Shown here: positions 15,323 to 26,122 of the stretch, piece by piece
Layout: every line of letters begins with the position of its first letter
How positions within the stretch are numbered: the first letter of the stretch is position 1
Virus record (IMG/VR): IMGVR_UViG_3300014913_000007
Coordinates: 89,390 to 153,389 of that record
Source of the DNA: a virus
DNA: 64,000 nt
Strand: one strand, 5' to 3'
Made by a program: the position numbers and the translations under genes
The notes under the pieces: generated by a model
The model's database searches: none
Seen by the model: only the letters and a program-made list of their open reading frames with translations
Told to the model about the DNA's origin: nothing

Positions 15323-16883
15323 CTTCTATGGAACCTACTATAATATTTGACTTAGGATCAGCTTTTTTAGATTCTTTTAATTTTACTCCCTCCTGAGGTA
15401 CCCGTTGTAATAGACTATGTGTTTGAACTCCTTGTATGTTTTTAATTTTAATATCCTTTGCTAAACTAAATGTATCATGAAACTTGGGTACGATGTTACG
15501 TTCCCAATCAAGATCGGTCTGTGTCCATTGATAGGCTTTCTCTTCTATTTTTCTACATTCTGCTTGATTATTGTAAACCCACAACATTTTTTGCAGAAGA
15601 TCATCAGTATCTGGAAGTGGTCTTGGTACTTCATTATCTCCAGGAAATATAGCTATCTGGGATAAGCTTGCTCCTGATTTATATAATATTCCTCGCATAT
15701 TCTCATCTTTACCACAAAGTTCAGTGTGTGAGGTATTGTCTGGAGCTATAACAGTGGTCTTAGTGGCAAAAGCTTCAGTAATTGATAGCTCCCATCCACC
15801 ACCTACTGCAGTTGTAACTAATGCATCTGCTGCGTTATATACTTTATTCAAATCTTCTAGGGTTAAACCCTTCTGAACACTAAAGTTGGGTGGAAATAAT
15901 ACATCACTTCCAACTTGAAGTCCTAGAGTCGTGCATACCTCTGGTAAGTTCCATCCAACATCGACAGCTTTCATGTTTAAGTATATAAATGAGTTTGATA
16001 CTTGTTCCTGAAAATGCTTAAAAGCTAGCAAAGTAGCAGGTAAAAACTTTCTTAATTGGTTTCTATTAACATTGAGAAACATAAATTTATCTGCAAACTC
16101 CTCCCCAAACATGGCTCTTTTAAAAGTTCTAGATTCTTCTTTAGGGATTGGATAAAAATCTTTAGAATTTACTCCATGTGGTATTATCCTAAGTCTTCCA
16201 TTCAAACTATTATTCTTCCTAATACATTCAACTGCGCCAAATCTTAGGTAAGTTATTGGAAGATCTACTTTACATATATTATCTATCCAAGCTTTCTTGG
16301 GTATACCATCTATTGGAAAATATGAAACTATAGGTATATGACTCTTATTTAATGACTGTAAAGTATTCTTAATAGCATCTACAAAGGCTATAGGAGGCTT
16401 TGCTCCAGGAACTCCTCCTCCTACCCAAAAAGGATCTTCCATTAGAAAAATCATATCTATATCAGTTTTCTGTAAGATATTAGGCATTATATTTAAGAAC
16501 TTACGTTGTCCGTACATGTCTGCCTTGTTGGATCCCATCATCATTGCTGGCCATTGTCGGTACCTACCATTCTTCTCTCCACCTGTAATCTCCGATTCCT
16601 CATAGTGGTCTCCCATATGATTAATACCTACCTGATATATTTCATATTCTCCAGGATAATTTTTATATAAACCCTGCAAAACACTACGTACTACTATCCC
16701 AAATCCAGTTATTACGTAAGGACTTGCTCCCCAAACTAGTATTTTCTTCTTAGATGTTCCTTGTGTTACTAATTCAGTAGTCCCAGACTTTGGATTTACT
16801 ACAGACTTTATCTTTCCACTCCTAGCAGCGTTACCTAGCGCAGAACCTTTTTTAATTTTAAGGGTCTTTTTCTTTTTGGCCAT
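15315..16883 (-). CDS. GT4-family glycosyltransferase
   Basis: TGFG, IPHGV, NVNRNQLRK, YNAADALVTTAVGGGWELSITEA. Confidence 0.9.
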   Translation of the reverse strand: MAKKKKTLKIKKGSALGNAARSGKIKSVVNPKSGTTELVTQGTSKKKILVWGASPYVITGFGIVVRSVLQGLYKNYPGEYEIYQVGINHMGDHYEESEITGGEKNGRYRQWPAMMMGSNKADMYGQRKFLNIMPNILQKTDIDMIFLMEDPFWVGGGVPGAKPPIAFVDAIKNTLQSLNKSHIPIVSYFPIDGIPKKAWIDNICKVDLPITYLRFGAVECIRKNNSLNGRLRIIPHGVNSKDFYPIPKEESRTFKRAMFGEEFADKFMFLNVNRNQLRKFLPATLLAFKHFQEQVSNSFIYLNMKAVDVGWNLPEVCTTLGLQVGSDVLFPPNFSVQKGLTLEDLNKVYNAADALVTTAVGGGWELSITEAFATKTTVIAPDNTSHTELCGKDENMRGILYKSGASLSQIAIFPGDNEVPRPLPDTDDLLQKMLWVYNNQAECRKIEEKAYQWTQTDLDWERNIVPKFHDTFSLAKDIKIKNIQGVQTHSLLQRVPQEGVKLKESKKADPKSNIIVGSIEDE

Positions 16884-16898
16884 TTTTTATACTTTCCT

Positions 16899-18125
16899 TT
16901 ATAATTTCTTAGTTCTATATTGGGGATTACCTACTTTAACAAACGCAGCGTCCTCTATGTCTCTTTTTAAATCAGGATCATCTAACCTATTTAACAATTT
17001 GGTAATCTTTGTACTACTTATAGATGCTACTTCACCTAATTGATCAGGAGTAAGTAAGTTAATGACTCGCTCGGTGTCATAATATCTTCTACTAGAACAT
17101 GTGGGGTTTAAAAAGTGCGTGTCATTGGCCACAGGAGTCTCTGGATCTGCCTCGATCCGTTGAGATACCCACAGTTTAATACTATCCTTGTAACCCTTTA
17201 AAGCTTTCTCACGTAGTAAGATCTTCTGAAGTTCAACTATTGCTAGCTCATCCTTCATTGCGGTTATAGGTATAAAATCCGTTTCAAAGTTTCCACACAT
17301 TAATGCTCCATACTGAGGACATTTATCTCTATAAGCACACCAGTGACAAGTATCATGTACAGTTCCGTCCGGCCTATCTTTTGGTACATTTGCAAAGTAT
17401 TCTTTAATTGCTGTAAATATTGAAGATATTTGTCTTCTAAATTCCATCTGAGCTATTTCGGTCCTGTAGGAGGTTACACTCTGACCTAACCTTACATACT
17501 TCAATTCAAGTATGCGGTTTGGATATTGTGGATACATTACCGCAGCTGCTAAATCATACATAGAGAGCTGTTCATCTATTTTTGCTTCATCCCAAGACAT
17601 TGCCATTTTCGATGTTTTATAATCTGTTATCTTTACAGTAGTATCGTCTATTTCTGAAACTTTATCTATAAATCCGTAGATATTTACTCCCTCAGGAGTC
17701 GTAATGTCAAACTCGACTTCTGCATCAATTACTTTCTCATCATAGTCCAGACCTAAAAGTTCTGCCCTTACCATATCTGCACCTGAGTCAAAGAACTCCA
17801 TAGAGTCTATGAAAGTTTTTGACATGTAATCCCTAAAAATATCCACGTATTCTTCCACTTCATCTACTGTTAATACTCTTGGATTCTGTATTAAGGAGAT
17901 GTTTGCTCTCTCCAGAGCGTAATGTACTGAGTTTCCTAATGAAAACGAAGTGTTAGCTGGTTTAGGTAATTTTTCGGTGTAGTTCAAATGAAACTGTAAT
18001 AAACATTGTAACCAAAGTTTCATCATTGATGCCGATAACCTAATCTTTTTAGATTTAGTAAACTTCTTACTTGCTTTAATTACTTCATCTTTAATTTTCT
18101 TTGCTTTCGCCATATTAATTCCCAA
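16899..18125 (-). CDS. PD-(D/E)XK nuclease, RecB/AddB family
   Basis: LSAS...C, G..VH..LE, GFIDKV, ITDYKT, QLSMY, C..C.Y...C. Confidence 0.9.
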   Translation of the reverse strand: MGINMAKAKKIKDEVIKASKKFTKSKKIRLSASMMKLWLQCLLQFHLNYTEKLPKPANTSFSLGNSVHYALERANISLIQNPRVLTVDEVEEYVDIFRDYMSKTFIDSMEFFDSGADMVRAELLGLDYDEKVIDAEVEFDITTPEGVNIYGFIDKVSEIDDTTVKITDYKTSKMAMSWDEAKIDEQLSMYDLAAAVMYPQYPNRILELKYVRLGQSVTSYRTEIAQMEFRRQISSIFTAIKEYFANVPKDRPDGTVHDTCHWCAYRDKCPQYGALMCGNFETDFIPITAMKDELAIVELQKILLREKALKGYKDSIKLWVSQRIEADPETPVANDTHFLNPTCSSRRYYDTERVINLLTPDQLGEVASISSTKITKLLNRLDDPDLKRDIEDAAFVKVGNPQYRTKKL

Positions 18126-18158
18126 CGATAAACATAAAATAGTTAACTATATTTTAAC

Positions 18159-18656
18159 CTATTCACCCTGTTTAGTCAACTTCATAACTCCCCAATCTGC
18201 CATTAAAATAGCATCAGTAATATCATTATGACTTGATAGGATAAACCCTTCTAACTCATACTTTTCTACTGCCCAATCAAATACATGTCCCTTATCCAAT
18301 TTAGCTATACCTAATACAGGTTTTACTACATCTTTCTTTGCCGTGGCTTGGTGACACATCCTAATAGGTATATTGTCTGGAATTGCTATAAGTGTTACAC
18401 CATAGAAACCTCCCAACAGTTTTACTGAGTTCAAGTTCCTAGTCTGGTGAAGTTCTTCAATGACTACTACATCTGGTTTATGTATCTGAAGTGCTTCCTC
18501 TATATTATTAGTTAAAACTTGAAATCTTTTCCTATGTGAATCCTCTTTCTTCTTTAACCTTGTTTGCCAACTTCCACAATCCACAAGATTGTATCCATCC
18601 TCAATAACTGCATATCCAGTTCTAGTTGCTAAATCTAACCCTAAAACTCTAACCAC
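18159..18656 (-). CDS. ruvC: RuvC-like Holliday junction resolvase
   Basis: [25 protein letters not shown]. Confidence 0.85.
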   Translation of the reverse strand: MVRVLGLDLATRTGYAVIEDGYNLVDCGSWQTRLKKKEDSHRKRFQVLTNNIEEALQIHKPDVVVIEELHQTRNLNSVKLLGGFYGVTLIAIPDNIPIRMCHQATAKKDVVKPVLGIAKLDKGHVFDWAVEKYELEGFILSSHNDITDAILMADWGVMKLTKQGE

Positions 18657-19467
18657 CTTTTTTCCATCCTTTCTTTAGTAGTTCATTTAACAATGCACAA
18701 TCTTCTATATTCAATTTGGATAAGTCTGGTAAATCTATTATTGGCATTATACCTAAACATCCTGGAGTAACTTTCCATCCCTCGTTTCCTAGTCCAGAAA
18801 ACTGTAGTAATTTACCTATACTATACCTAGGAGGTATAGTAAAGTTAACTTCCTTTTTCTTATGATATACAAGCTTACCCTTACAGATTCTACAAGAACG
18901 TTCAGTAGTCCAACCAACTTTGTTACACCTTGTACAAGACTTTGTAGTATTTATAAACCCATGTGAAGTCTTTATAGACCTAGAGATCATTCCATAACCT
19001 TTACATGTCGCACATTCTATCCATCTACTAGCATCACCGAGGCAATTATCACAACAAGCTAATACCTCAAGTTCTAAACTTATACTTCCACCTGTAAGTG
19101 CCTCCAATAAAGTTATAGGTATATCTAGCGGGGCAATCTCTCCCAACCTAATAGGTTGAGAACCTGGCCTCGGCCTCTTTTGAGGTCTAGGTTGTTGTTC
19201 AAAGCGTCTATTAAAAAACTCAGCAAAATCTACTGGATTAGATCTCCCTGAAAAATTACGTCCATTTAGATCATTACCTAAATAATCCTTCTTAGTAATA
19301 GTATCATACGCCAAAGTAATTTCCTTGAACTTCTCCTCTGCGTTCTTATTCTCTCTATTTACGTCTGGATGATACTTTTTAGCTAACTTTCTATATGCTT
19401 TTTTAATATCGTCCTCAGATGTTGAAGTATCCACACCTAATATTTTATACGCTTCACTTAAATTCAT
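18649..19467 (-). CDS. dnaJ: DnaJ-like chaperone (J domain + CxxCxGxG zinc finger)
   Basis: [20 protein letters not shown]; four CxxC repeats; likely start at ATG 19467 (ORF track 19533). Confidence 0.9.
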   Translation of the reverse strand: MNLSEAYKILGVDTSTSEDDIKKAYRKLAKKYHPDVNRENKNAEEKFKEITLAYDTITKKDYLGNDLNGRNFSGRSNPVDFAEFFNRRFEQQPRPQKRPRPGSQPIRLGEIAPLDIPITLLEALTGGSISLELEVLACCDNCLGDASRWIECATCKGYGMISRSIKTSHGFINTTKSCTRCNKVGWTTERSCRICKGKLVYHKKKEVNFTIPPRYSIGKLLQFSGLGNEGWKVTPGCLGIMPIIDLPDLSKLNIEDCALLNELLKKGWKKGG

Positions 19468-19468
19468 A

Positions 19469-19774
19469 TTATCCCACACTAAACGCTGAAGCTGTAAATT
19501 GAGAGTAAGTTTTTCCAGCGAATTCATTTTCACTGAAACTACTTAATACTTTTATCCAGGAACCTTCTGGTACCTCTCTTAATCTATCAGCTATATCATA
19601 CCAAGCTACTATCTTAATACTTTGATATCCGTTCCTTCCTGACTCTTGTAGTCTAATCTCTCCCTTTCCCATAGGATGTCTATCTCCTACTACATTATAA
19701 GTATATCCAAATAAGTAACCTTCAAAATAACAATTATTTTTTGGTACTTTAGAGTAGCTTTCCATATTCCACAC
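19469..19774 (-). CDS. SSB-like OB-fold protein
   Basis: NN.YFEG.L...IKIVAW..IA......GSWIKV; lies next to the primase. Confidence 0.6.
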   Translation of the reverse strand: MWNMESYSKVPKNNCYFEGYLFGYTYNVVGDRHPMGKGEIRLQESGRNGYQSIKIVAWYDIADRLREVPEGSWIKVLSSFSENEFAGKTYSQFTASAFSVG

Positions 19775-20852
19775 ATTTTTCTACTTCTGTATTTTGATAT
19801 ACTCTAAGATTACTTAAACATTTGGTAATCTGCTCCTTAGAATTATCATCTGGATCTCCTGATTCTAACCTAGCAATACTTATTTTCATACCTGGTAATT
19901 TTTCTAATGAATTTATGACTCCTTTTTCTGCAGCTTCTCCAGACTCTACTAAAAATACTACATTGCAGCAATACTTATATAAAAGTCTTGCCTGATTGTT
20001 GGTTAAATTAGATCCTCTAGATGCTACAACATTTTTAAAACCATATGAATACATCCTAATTGCTGAAAGTTCCCCTTCAACTACTATTAAACTATCATTT
20101 ACTAAATTATTTTTTGCTCTATTTAAATTAAAAAGTACTCCACCTTTCTTAAAGTTTGCTACCATATCATACTTTGCTATCTTCTTCTCTTTCCCCAAGC
20201 TGTTAATAACTACTTCAGGATAATTAAGTACTCCATCCATTCTTCTAGCATTAACTCCAACTAGGTTACCAAATTCATCAAAGGCAGGTATTCCCATCCT
20301 TAATATGTTGTAGTTATCTAAGCAGGGATAAAATTGAAAGGTAGATATAGTATCTTCGTCAGTATAATTCCTTGACTCTAAATACTTCTCTACATAGTTA
20401 TACCCTTCTTCGTAGTATCCTGGAAAGGTAGTCAATACTTTTAAACTTTCTAATCTGGTATTCTTCATTGCGGTGTAATCTTTTCGTACTTCTGCTGCAG
20501 CAAGATAATCAGAGTAACCTTCAGAGTCTCCGGTCTGTAAGTCAAATCCAAACATAGTTGATAAAGTCTCTACTGCTTCCTTAAATTCTACATTTAGCTT
20601 ATTCATAACAAATGCGTACACATCTCTAGGTCCATCTTTTCCACATTCCTTAGTGAAGCATGTCCACATTCCCTCACTCCTTTTCCAAGAGAATCCTGTA
20701 GGATTGTCTCCAGAATGTAATGGACATGGACAACGTATTTCAAAACCATTATCTGTCATAAGAGCAGGAGATACTCCACCTATAGAAATTAAAACTTCTT
20801 TTGGATCTACTACTTGCTTTAATTCTTCTATTGATTCTTTTTTATAAAACAT
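19749..20852 (-). CDS. dnaG: DnaG-type DNA primase
   Basis: CPCPLH.GDNP...WTCFT..C zinc finger; Toprim IVVEGE; DPDD. Confidence 0.9.
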   Translation of the reverse strand: MFYKKESIEELKQVVDPKEVLISIGGVSPALMTDNGFEIRCPCPLHSGDNPTGFSWKRSEGMWTCFTKECGKDGPRDVYAFVMNKLNVEFKEAVETLSTMFGFDLQTGDSEGYSDYLAAAEVRKDYTAMKNTRLESLKVLTTFPGYYEEGYNYVEKYLESRNYTDEDTISTFQFYPCLDNYNILRMGIPAFDEFGNLVGVNARRMDGVLNYPEVVINSLGKEKKIAKYDMVANFKKGGVLFNLNRAKNNLVNDSLIVVEGELSAIRMYSYGFKNVVASRGSNLTNNQARLLYKYCCNVVFLVESGEAAEKGVINSLEKLPGMKISIARLESGDPDDNSKEQITKCLSNLRVYQNTEVEKCVEYGKLL

Positions 20853-20861
20853 AAAAGTACC

Positions 20862-22406
20862 TTAAAATAAGTCATCATCATCTACTGGTAAAATATACTC
20901 TTCTTTTACAGTTACTTGTTCAATATCTGTATGTTTTATTACATTTTCTACTTTTTCTACTTTAAATGACTCATTAATCAATCTAGCATATTCTGCAGGT
21001 GTTGTTGTTTCAACATTGATTGCTGAATCCTCACCAGTCTCCTCATTAATGTCATCAATGAAATCTTCTGCTTCCTGTAATAGGTTACAAGGTTTCCAAA
21101 ATCTTACAGGTGTTCTTGCCTTTCCACCCGATCTAGTTTTCCAGCTTGTTAACCAATGGGTTCCGTATTTACGGTGATCTCCTGCATATTCTAGTTCTTT
21201 TACTGTTTTAGCTCTAAACTCTATTAGATTATTACAATACCTGAGGATTCTGTCACTATCTGCTACCTTAAGGTTCCTAGTATTTATCTGACAGGCAGCA
21301 AGAACTGGGATATTTAACTTTCCAGCTGTAGTTTTTAATGCTACAGTTAAGTCACCTAAAACCTGATCCTCCCTTCTATTCTTAATCTGACCATTATCCA
21401 TATTAGTATCTAATTTGATGTAATCAAAAATCACTAAACCTATATTGTGTTTAGCTTTGTGGTATTGAATTCTACTACACAATTTACTTGCATTAAATTC
21501 AGGCATGTATTCGTGGAAAAAGGTCTCTCCATTTTCTATTTCAGTTATAACTCTATCAAGTATTAACTTACTTTTTGGATCATGATAGGCAATACCATTT
21601 GAAATATCTCGCTCCCTTATCATTGATCTCATGGCTAGTAATCTAGCTGCATCTTCTTCTGAATACATTTCAGTACTTATGAAGTATACTGGGACTCTAT
21701 GTGCATTTGCAAATGCTACTTCCTCAGCTATATTTAATAGAACCGTTGACTTCCCTGCCCCAGCTATGCCAGCAACTACCGTTAAGGCTCCTGGCATTAA
21801 CCCATTAATCGCCTCATCTAGTTTTTTAAATCCAGTGTGTAACCCTCGAATATTGGTAGGATTAGCAGCCCATTTCTCTACATACTCACGTATAGTGGTA
21901 TTAATGTGAACTGCTTCCTGTTCCTTGTCTTCATATCCTCTTAATTTATTGATCCTAGCAAGTACCTCATCCATTAATTCATTTGAATCAAGTGATTCTT
22001 GCACGTCCGTTCTATTCTGCTGTACTATTGTATGTGAATCCTTTATTGCCTCATTTAAAGCGAATTTCTTATACGCTTCTCTTACTTTGTTTAGATATAG
22101 TTTATAGTTGCTAAGCTTAAAGTTATGTTCACAAACCATCATTAGGTAGTCTGCTCCAACTCCTGAGTCTTTTAAACCAAGCTTGGCACATTCTATGTAA
22201 ACAGTATCTATATCTAAATTTTTAAGGTCAGTTTGATCAGATAGTAGACACATGGCTGTATATATAATCCTATGTGGTTCATATAAGAAATACTCAGATC
22301 CAATAAGTTGTCTAGTCTCTATAAGTAAATCTTCATTACTAAAAATTAAACCTAGCAACCCTCTCTCATACTGAGAGTAAAACTTTGATCTCTCGTCATT
22401 ATTCAT
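20862..22406 (-). CDS. dnaB: DnaB-type replicative helicase
   Basis: TGFKKLD..GL.PG, Walker A GIAGAGKST, ISTEM, IFDYI, ACQIN, KTRSG. Confidence 0.93.
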   Translation of the reverse strand: MNNDERSKFYSQYERGLLGLIFSNEDLLIETRQLIGSEYFLYEPHRIIYTAMCLLSDQTDLKNLDIDTVYIECAKLGLKDSGVGADYLMMVCEHNFKLSNYKLYLNKVREAYKKFALNEAIKDSHTIVQQNRTDVQESLDSNELMDEVLARINKLRGYEDKEQEAVHINTTIREYVEKWAANPTNIRGLHTGFKKLDEAINGLMPGALTVVAGIAGAGKSTVLLNIAEEVAFANAHRVPVYFISTEMYSEEDAARLLAMRSMIRERDISNGIAYHDPKSKLILDRVITEIENGETFFHEYMPEFNASKLCSRIQYHKAKHNIGLVIFDYIKLDTNMDNGQIKNRREDQVLGDLTVALKTTAGKLNIPVLAACQINTRNLKVADSDRILRYCNNLIEFRAKTVKELEYAGDHRKYGTHWLTSWKTRSGGKARTPVRFWKPCNLLQEAEDFIDDINEETGEDSAINVETTTPAEYARLINESFKVEKVENVIKHTDIEQVTVKEEYILPVDDDDLF

Positions 22407-22873
22407 TATTGACCTGTATTACCCCTTACAGACAGTTCCTTCTTCAATGCATTAGCTATTTCCATAACCATTTCTGGTGTTTTATGGAACAACGTTGCCT
22501 CACTCTCAGCTTTATACCAGTTCTCCTCTAAAACAGCTAAGTTAGGATTATCCTCTAACGCTTGTGCAGCCTTCTCCTTTACCGTTAATTTTGACTTCTG
22601 CAGCTTTATCATAGTCTTTCCTAGTTCTAACTCATACCTTCTCTTAGTAGAATCTCTCTTAACTGTCCGCATGTTTGATTGTAATTGTAAATATAACTGA
22701 TATCTAGTTAGGGTGAAGATCAATGAGGAGATTTTCTGGGCTGATAAGGTTCCTAGCATGGTTCCATCAATGCTCAAAGCCTCTTTTAATGCCTCTGGTT
22801 GAGGAGTTATGGATCCTAAACCTGTTTCTTCTAAGCATCTATTCAAACTCTTAAAATGTTGATCTTCAGACAT
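22406..22873 (-). CDS. Helical hypothetical protein, possibly a UvsY-like recombination mediator
   Basis: Coiled-coil character; position between recA and dnaB. Confidence 0.45.
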   Translation of the reverse strand: MSEDQHFKSLNRCLEETGLGSITPQPEALKEALSIDGTMLGTLSAQKISSLIFTLTRYQLYLQLQSNMRTVKRDSTKRRYELELGKTMIKLQKSKLTVKEKAAQALEDNPNLAVLEENWYKAESEATLFHKTPEMVMEIANALKKELSVRGNTGQ

Positions 22874-22883
22874 TAAAACTCTC

Positions 22884-23225
22884 CTATGAATTAACTATTC
22901 TAGCCTTAACTTCCTCTACAGTTAGTTTTGCTATCTCATCATATTTAAAGTATACCAGAGTATACCCATTTTTACCACACCATTCTTGCTTTAAATTGTC
23001 CCTAGCGTTAGATTTATAAAAATTCTCTATCATACCATGAAAAAACCGAATAAATTTATAATGCTGTTGCCCTTGAACTTCTATCATAACTTTTAAAGAA
23101 GGTATGCAGAAATCAAAAAAGAGACGAGTACCATACATAGTCTCATAACACTGACTCTCAATATCATAATTTGGTAGAGCTTTAGATATTAACTCATCTA
23201 TTGTTATTTCAAGTTTACTAATCAA
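22884..23225 (-). CDS. DUF559/Vsr-like PD-(D/E)XK endonuclease
   Basis: FDF.IP...IEVQGQQHY...FFHG...RD..KQEWC. Confidence 0.75.
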   Translation of the reverse strand: MISKLEITIDELISKALPNYDIESQCYETMYGTRLFFDFCIPSLKVMIEVQGQQHYKFIRFFHGMIENFYKSNARDNLKQEWCGKNGYTLVYFKYDEIAKLTVEEVKARIVNS

Positions 23226-24376
23226 TCAGCCTCATTATATGTTACTTCTTTAGGGCTACCATCTTCATTCAAGAAGGGGTTAGTGAATCCATCTAAATAT
23301 TTAAGTTCTAAACTTTTAATTACCCGACTTCTTACTTCAATAAAAAATTCAGGCTCATTATAAAGTTTCTGTATTAAATTATCTTTTCCATACACTACTT
23401 GGTCTCCAGCTGGGTCATCTCCCCATCTGTATCTCCCACCATTTCCAACTAGTACGTCAGTCTGTTGAGTTGCTAACTCTGCCAACTCCATGTGAGGCTG
23501 AACACCAATACCTAAAAACAAGGGTATAGTGACTTCCCTCAGAGGCATACCTATCTTAGACTTATCACATAGACATTTAACATGCTGACCGACTGGCTTT
23601 CCAGTTATTGGATCTAAGATCCTGCTATTAGCGTACTTAACTTTTCCCGTTAGTTTAATACTTGCAGCTAAATAGTGCTCCAGACACCATCCACCAAAGG
23701 GTTTAACCCCACCCATATTGAACCCACCCAGATTATTCCTAACTTGATTAACTACAATTAGTAGTACATTATTATCAGCACACATATCTGCAATTCTTGG
23801 AAGTGTTGTAGATATAAAGGATGCTGAAGAAGCTATCCTATCATGTGTTATATCAATGTCCTTATCCTTCTTAGCTTTCGGATGTGGTTTCCACGCTGCT
23901 ATTGAATCTATGATTACTACTCCAACTTCACCAGTCTGTAACATCTTATACAAAATGTTAGAAGCCATGTCAGCTTCCTTCTTCAAGACCCAAAAATTGT
24001 CTTTAACTACTCCAGAAGCTATTACTAAATCAGCATCTAAGGTTTTCTCTGCATCAAGGAATAATACCTTTTCTCCTCTAGCCGTAGCATTTGCTGCAAA
24101 TCCTAAAGCTAAGGTAGTCTTCCCTGTTCCAGGCTCTCCCCACAATTGAAGCATCATTCCTTTACGCATACCACCTAGCCTAGGACTAAGTATGTAATCA
24201 ACTGATAAAGATCCACTACTTATGCCTTTGGCTGGCTTTGCTAGCATTTCATCTAGAGTTTCTAATATAGATCCTCCTGTCTCTTCTTCTAACACCTGCA
24301 TTTGCTTTTCAAACATTGTTGTAGGTTTCTTTTCTTCCGTTTTTGATTTCTTTCCTACTTTAGTTTTCTTTACCAT
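23222..24376 (-). CDS. recA: RecA/UvsX recombinase
   Basis: SSGSLSVD, GEPGTGKTT, FLDAE, IIDSIAA, VNQVR, GG..LEH. Confidence 0.93.
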   Translation of the reverse strand: MVKKTKVGKKSKTEEKKPTTMFEKQMQVLEEETGGSILETLDEMLAKPAKGISSGSLSVDYILSPRLGGMRKGMMLQLWGEPGTGKTTLALGFAANATARGEKVLFLDAEKTLDADLVIASGVVKDNFWVLKKEADMASNILYKMLQTGEVGVVIIDSIAAWKPHPKAKKDKDIDITHDRIASSASFISTTLPRIADMCADNNVLLIVVNQVRNNLGGFNMGGVKPFGGWCLEHYLAASIKLTGKVKYANSRILDPITGKPVGQHVKCLCDKSKIGMPLREVTIPLFLGIGVQPHMELAELATQQTDVLVGNGGRYRWGDDPAGDQVVYGKDNLIQKLYNEPEFFIEVRSRVIKSLELKYLDGFTNPFLNEDGSPKEVTYNEAD

Positions 24377-24378
24377 TC

Positions 24379-24939
24379 TTAGTCTTCTCCTTTAAGTAAT
24401 TCTTTGTGACGTAACTCTCTCAACTTTTTAAAAGTTTCGTCCTCGTCCATGTCATTATATTTGGCCCTTTTATATTCCTCTGCTTCTTCAGAATCCTCAT
24501 AAGACTCCACTGCATCTTTATGTGCTTTTAGAGCTTTAGTAAATATCCAACTACCTTTCTCAGATACAAGAAAGCTTATGGAGTACGGAGGATCGTTCAA
24601 ATTTAAAGCATCATAATATGTAAATACTAAATCTATTAAATCCATTAAGGATTCATTTGCTGAATTCTTACTTAAGTTTTCTTTTAATGCCTTTTCTTGA
24701 AACTTTTTTACTGCCTTTAGTTCCCTGTTCTCACTCAATCTATTACTTATTACTGTACTGTCATCTGCTACCTCTGAAAGCCTCCCATAAAAAAAGTCTA
24801 TAACATTTTGATTAGTAATCACTAAACTAGTTTTTGTCTCTCCAGCTACTACAGAATAACCTAGACCTTCGAGTAATTTTACTGCCTCTTCCTCTCTTAA
24901 AACCTTCTTAGTTTTTATTAAGCTATCCTGTTCGTTCAC
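24379..24939 (-). CDS. Hypothetical protein
   Basis: ORF in the replication operon. Confidence 0.6.
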   Translation of the reverse strand: MNEQDSLIKTKKVLREEEAVKLLEGLGYSVVAGETKTSLVITNQNVIDFFYGRLSEVADDSTVISNRLSENRELKAVKKFQEKALKENLSKNSANESLMDLIDLVFTYYDALNLNDPPYSISFLVSEKGSWIFTKALKAHKDAVESYEDSEEAEEYKRAKYNDMDEDETFKKLRELRHKELLKGED

Positions 24940-24941
24940 TG

Positions 24942-26105
24942 TTAGTTCATTCCCTGGATTAAAAAAATTAGCTCCCTATTAGGAGAACATAGAGTTACTC
25001 TATTGTTGCTGCTGTTAAAGTAAAACTCTGACATTTTTTCTATACTACTTAACTTCTGTATACTAGTGGTAAATAAAGATCCGTTTATCTTCACCTCCGA
25101 GTCACATCTAATGGTTGAAGGTAGACCTTCACTGGAATTCTTATCAGTTCTTATATTAAAACTTCCCTCTTTAAATTGCAAGTATACTTTATTATGAACA
25201 TCATTTGATAGATGAGTTAATGTACTAACTATCGATGGGATAGGAGGTAAATCTATAGAACCTATATGCTGAGAATTTTCATCTAAATTAAAAAATGCAT
25301 TTGGATCATTAATTCCATATAAAGTATTTAATGTAGGTACCTTCATACCTCTTTGAGAGGTCTCAACGTATAGAGAAGACCTGGAAGCAGAAATCTTAAT
25401 AGATTCCGTCCCATTTGTGAAATTTTTTATCAAAGCCAATATAACATTAGACAATACCACTCTAAAGTGTTTATCCAAAGTGTGTTTTATTACAGGCGAC
25501 TGAAATTTTGAAGCCATAATACTATCTGTACCTACTAAAACAAAATCTTGACCCACGATCTCTAAAAGACATCCGTTACCATCTCTAGATGTAGCATCTG
25601 CTTTAAATAGATTACAATTAATTATAGCTTGGTGTATTTTTTCTGTACTTATCTCTACAAAGTTTTCTCTATCCTTCATCAACTTCGAAAAAGTAGACAC
25701 GTCCTTTCCAATTTCAAGTATAGCATGAGCTAATCTTAGTTGAGTAGATTTGCTCTCTGAATAGAAGACTTCCCAACTAGTATGTAGAATAGATTTAGAA
25801 AACTTAAAAGATACTCTCCGAGTATAAGGAAATTTATCTTCCTTTTTAAATTCAGATACATTAATAGAGGATAGCTCTTTAACTAATATGGTGGAGTTTC
25901 CTTCACCCTCAGAAGAAATTACTGGTACATCTTCGACGAAGATACAAGGTATGTCAGTTTTCTCAATCTTAGATTCATAAAATACCTTTAGTTTAGAAGC
26001 TTCCAATAAAAAAGTTATGGAAGCTGCTGGATCACCAGAAGCTACTCCAGACAGTCTCTTTAAAAGTCCATTTAAGACTAATGTATCTATTGCAAAGTTG
26101 AACAT
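24942..26105 (-). CDS. Divergent sliding clamp (DNA pol III beta-like)
   Basis: 387 aa; NGCLLEI....LVGTDS resembles the LNG.......VATDG motif of DnaN; N-terminal F.I....L...L; heads the replication operon. Confidence 0.6.
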   Translation of the reverse strand: MFNFAIDTLVLNGLLKRLSGVASGDPAASITFLLEASKLKVFYESKIEKTDIPCIFVEDVPVISSEGEGNSTILVKELSSINVSEFKKEDKFPYTRRVSFKFSKSILHTSWEVFYSESKSTQLRLAHAILEIGKDVSTFSKLMKDRENFVEISTEKIHQAIINCNLFKADATSRDGNGCLLEIVGQDFVLVGTDSIMASKFQSPVIKHTLDKHFRVVLSNVILALIKNFTNGTESIKISASRSSLYVETSQRGMKVPTLNTLYGINDPNAFFNLDENSQHIGSIDLPPIPSIVSTLTHLSNDVHNKVYLQFKEGSFNIRTDKNSSEGLPSTIRCDSEVKINGSLFTTSIQKLSSIEKMSEFYFNSSNNRVTLCSPNRELIFLIQGMN

Positions 26106-26122
26106 ATTCTCTTATAAAAAAA

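Noticed and set aside
16899-18125. Cas4 / CRISPR-Cas locus
   Set aside because: No repeat-spacer array or other cas genes; a RecB-family nuclease in a replication context explains it
8217-26105. Cellular (bacterial) chromosome interpretation based on polA, recA, dnaB, dnaG, ruvC and dnaJ
   Set aside because: The genes are divergent and packed in one module next to virion-like genes, homing endonucleases and atypical tRNAs, with no ribosomal or core metabolic genes; a large phage fits better, although capsid and terminase are not in this window
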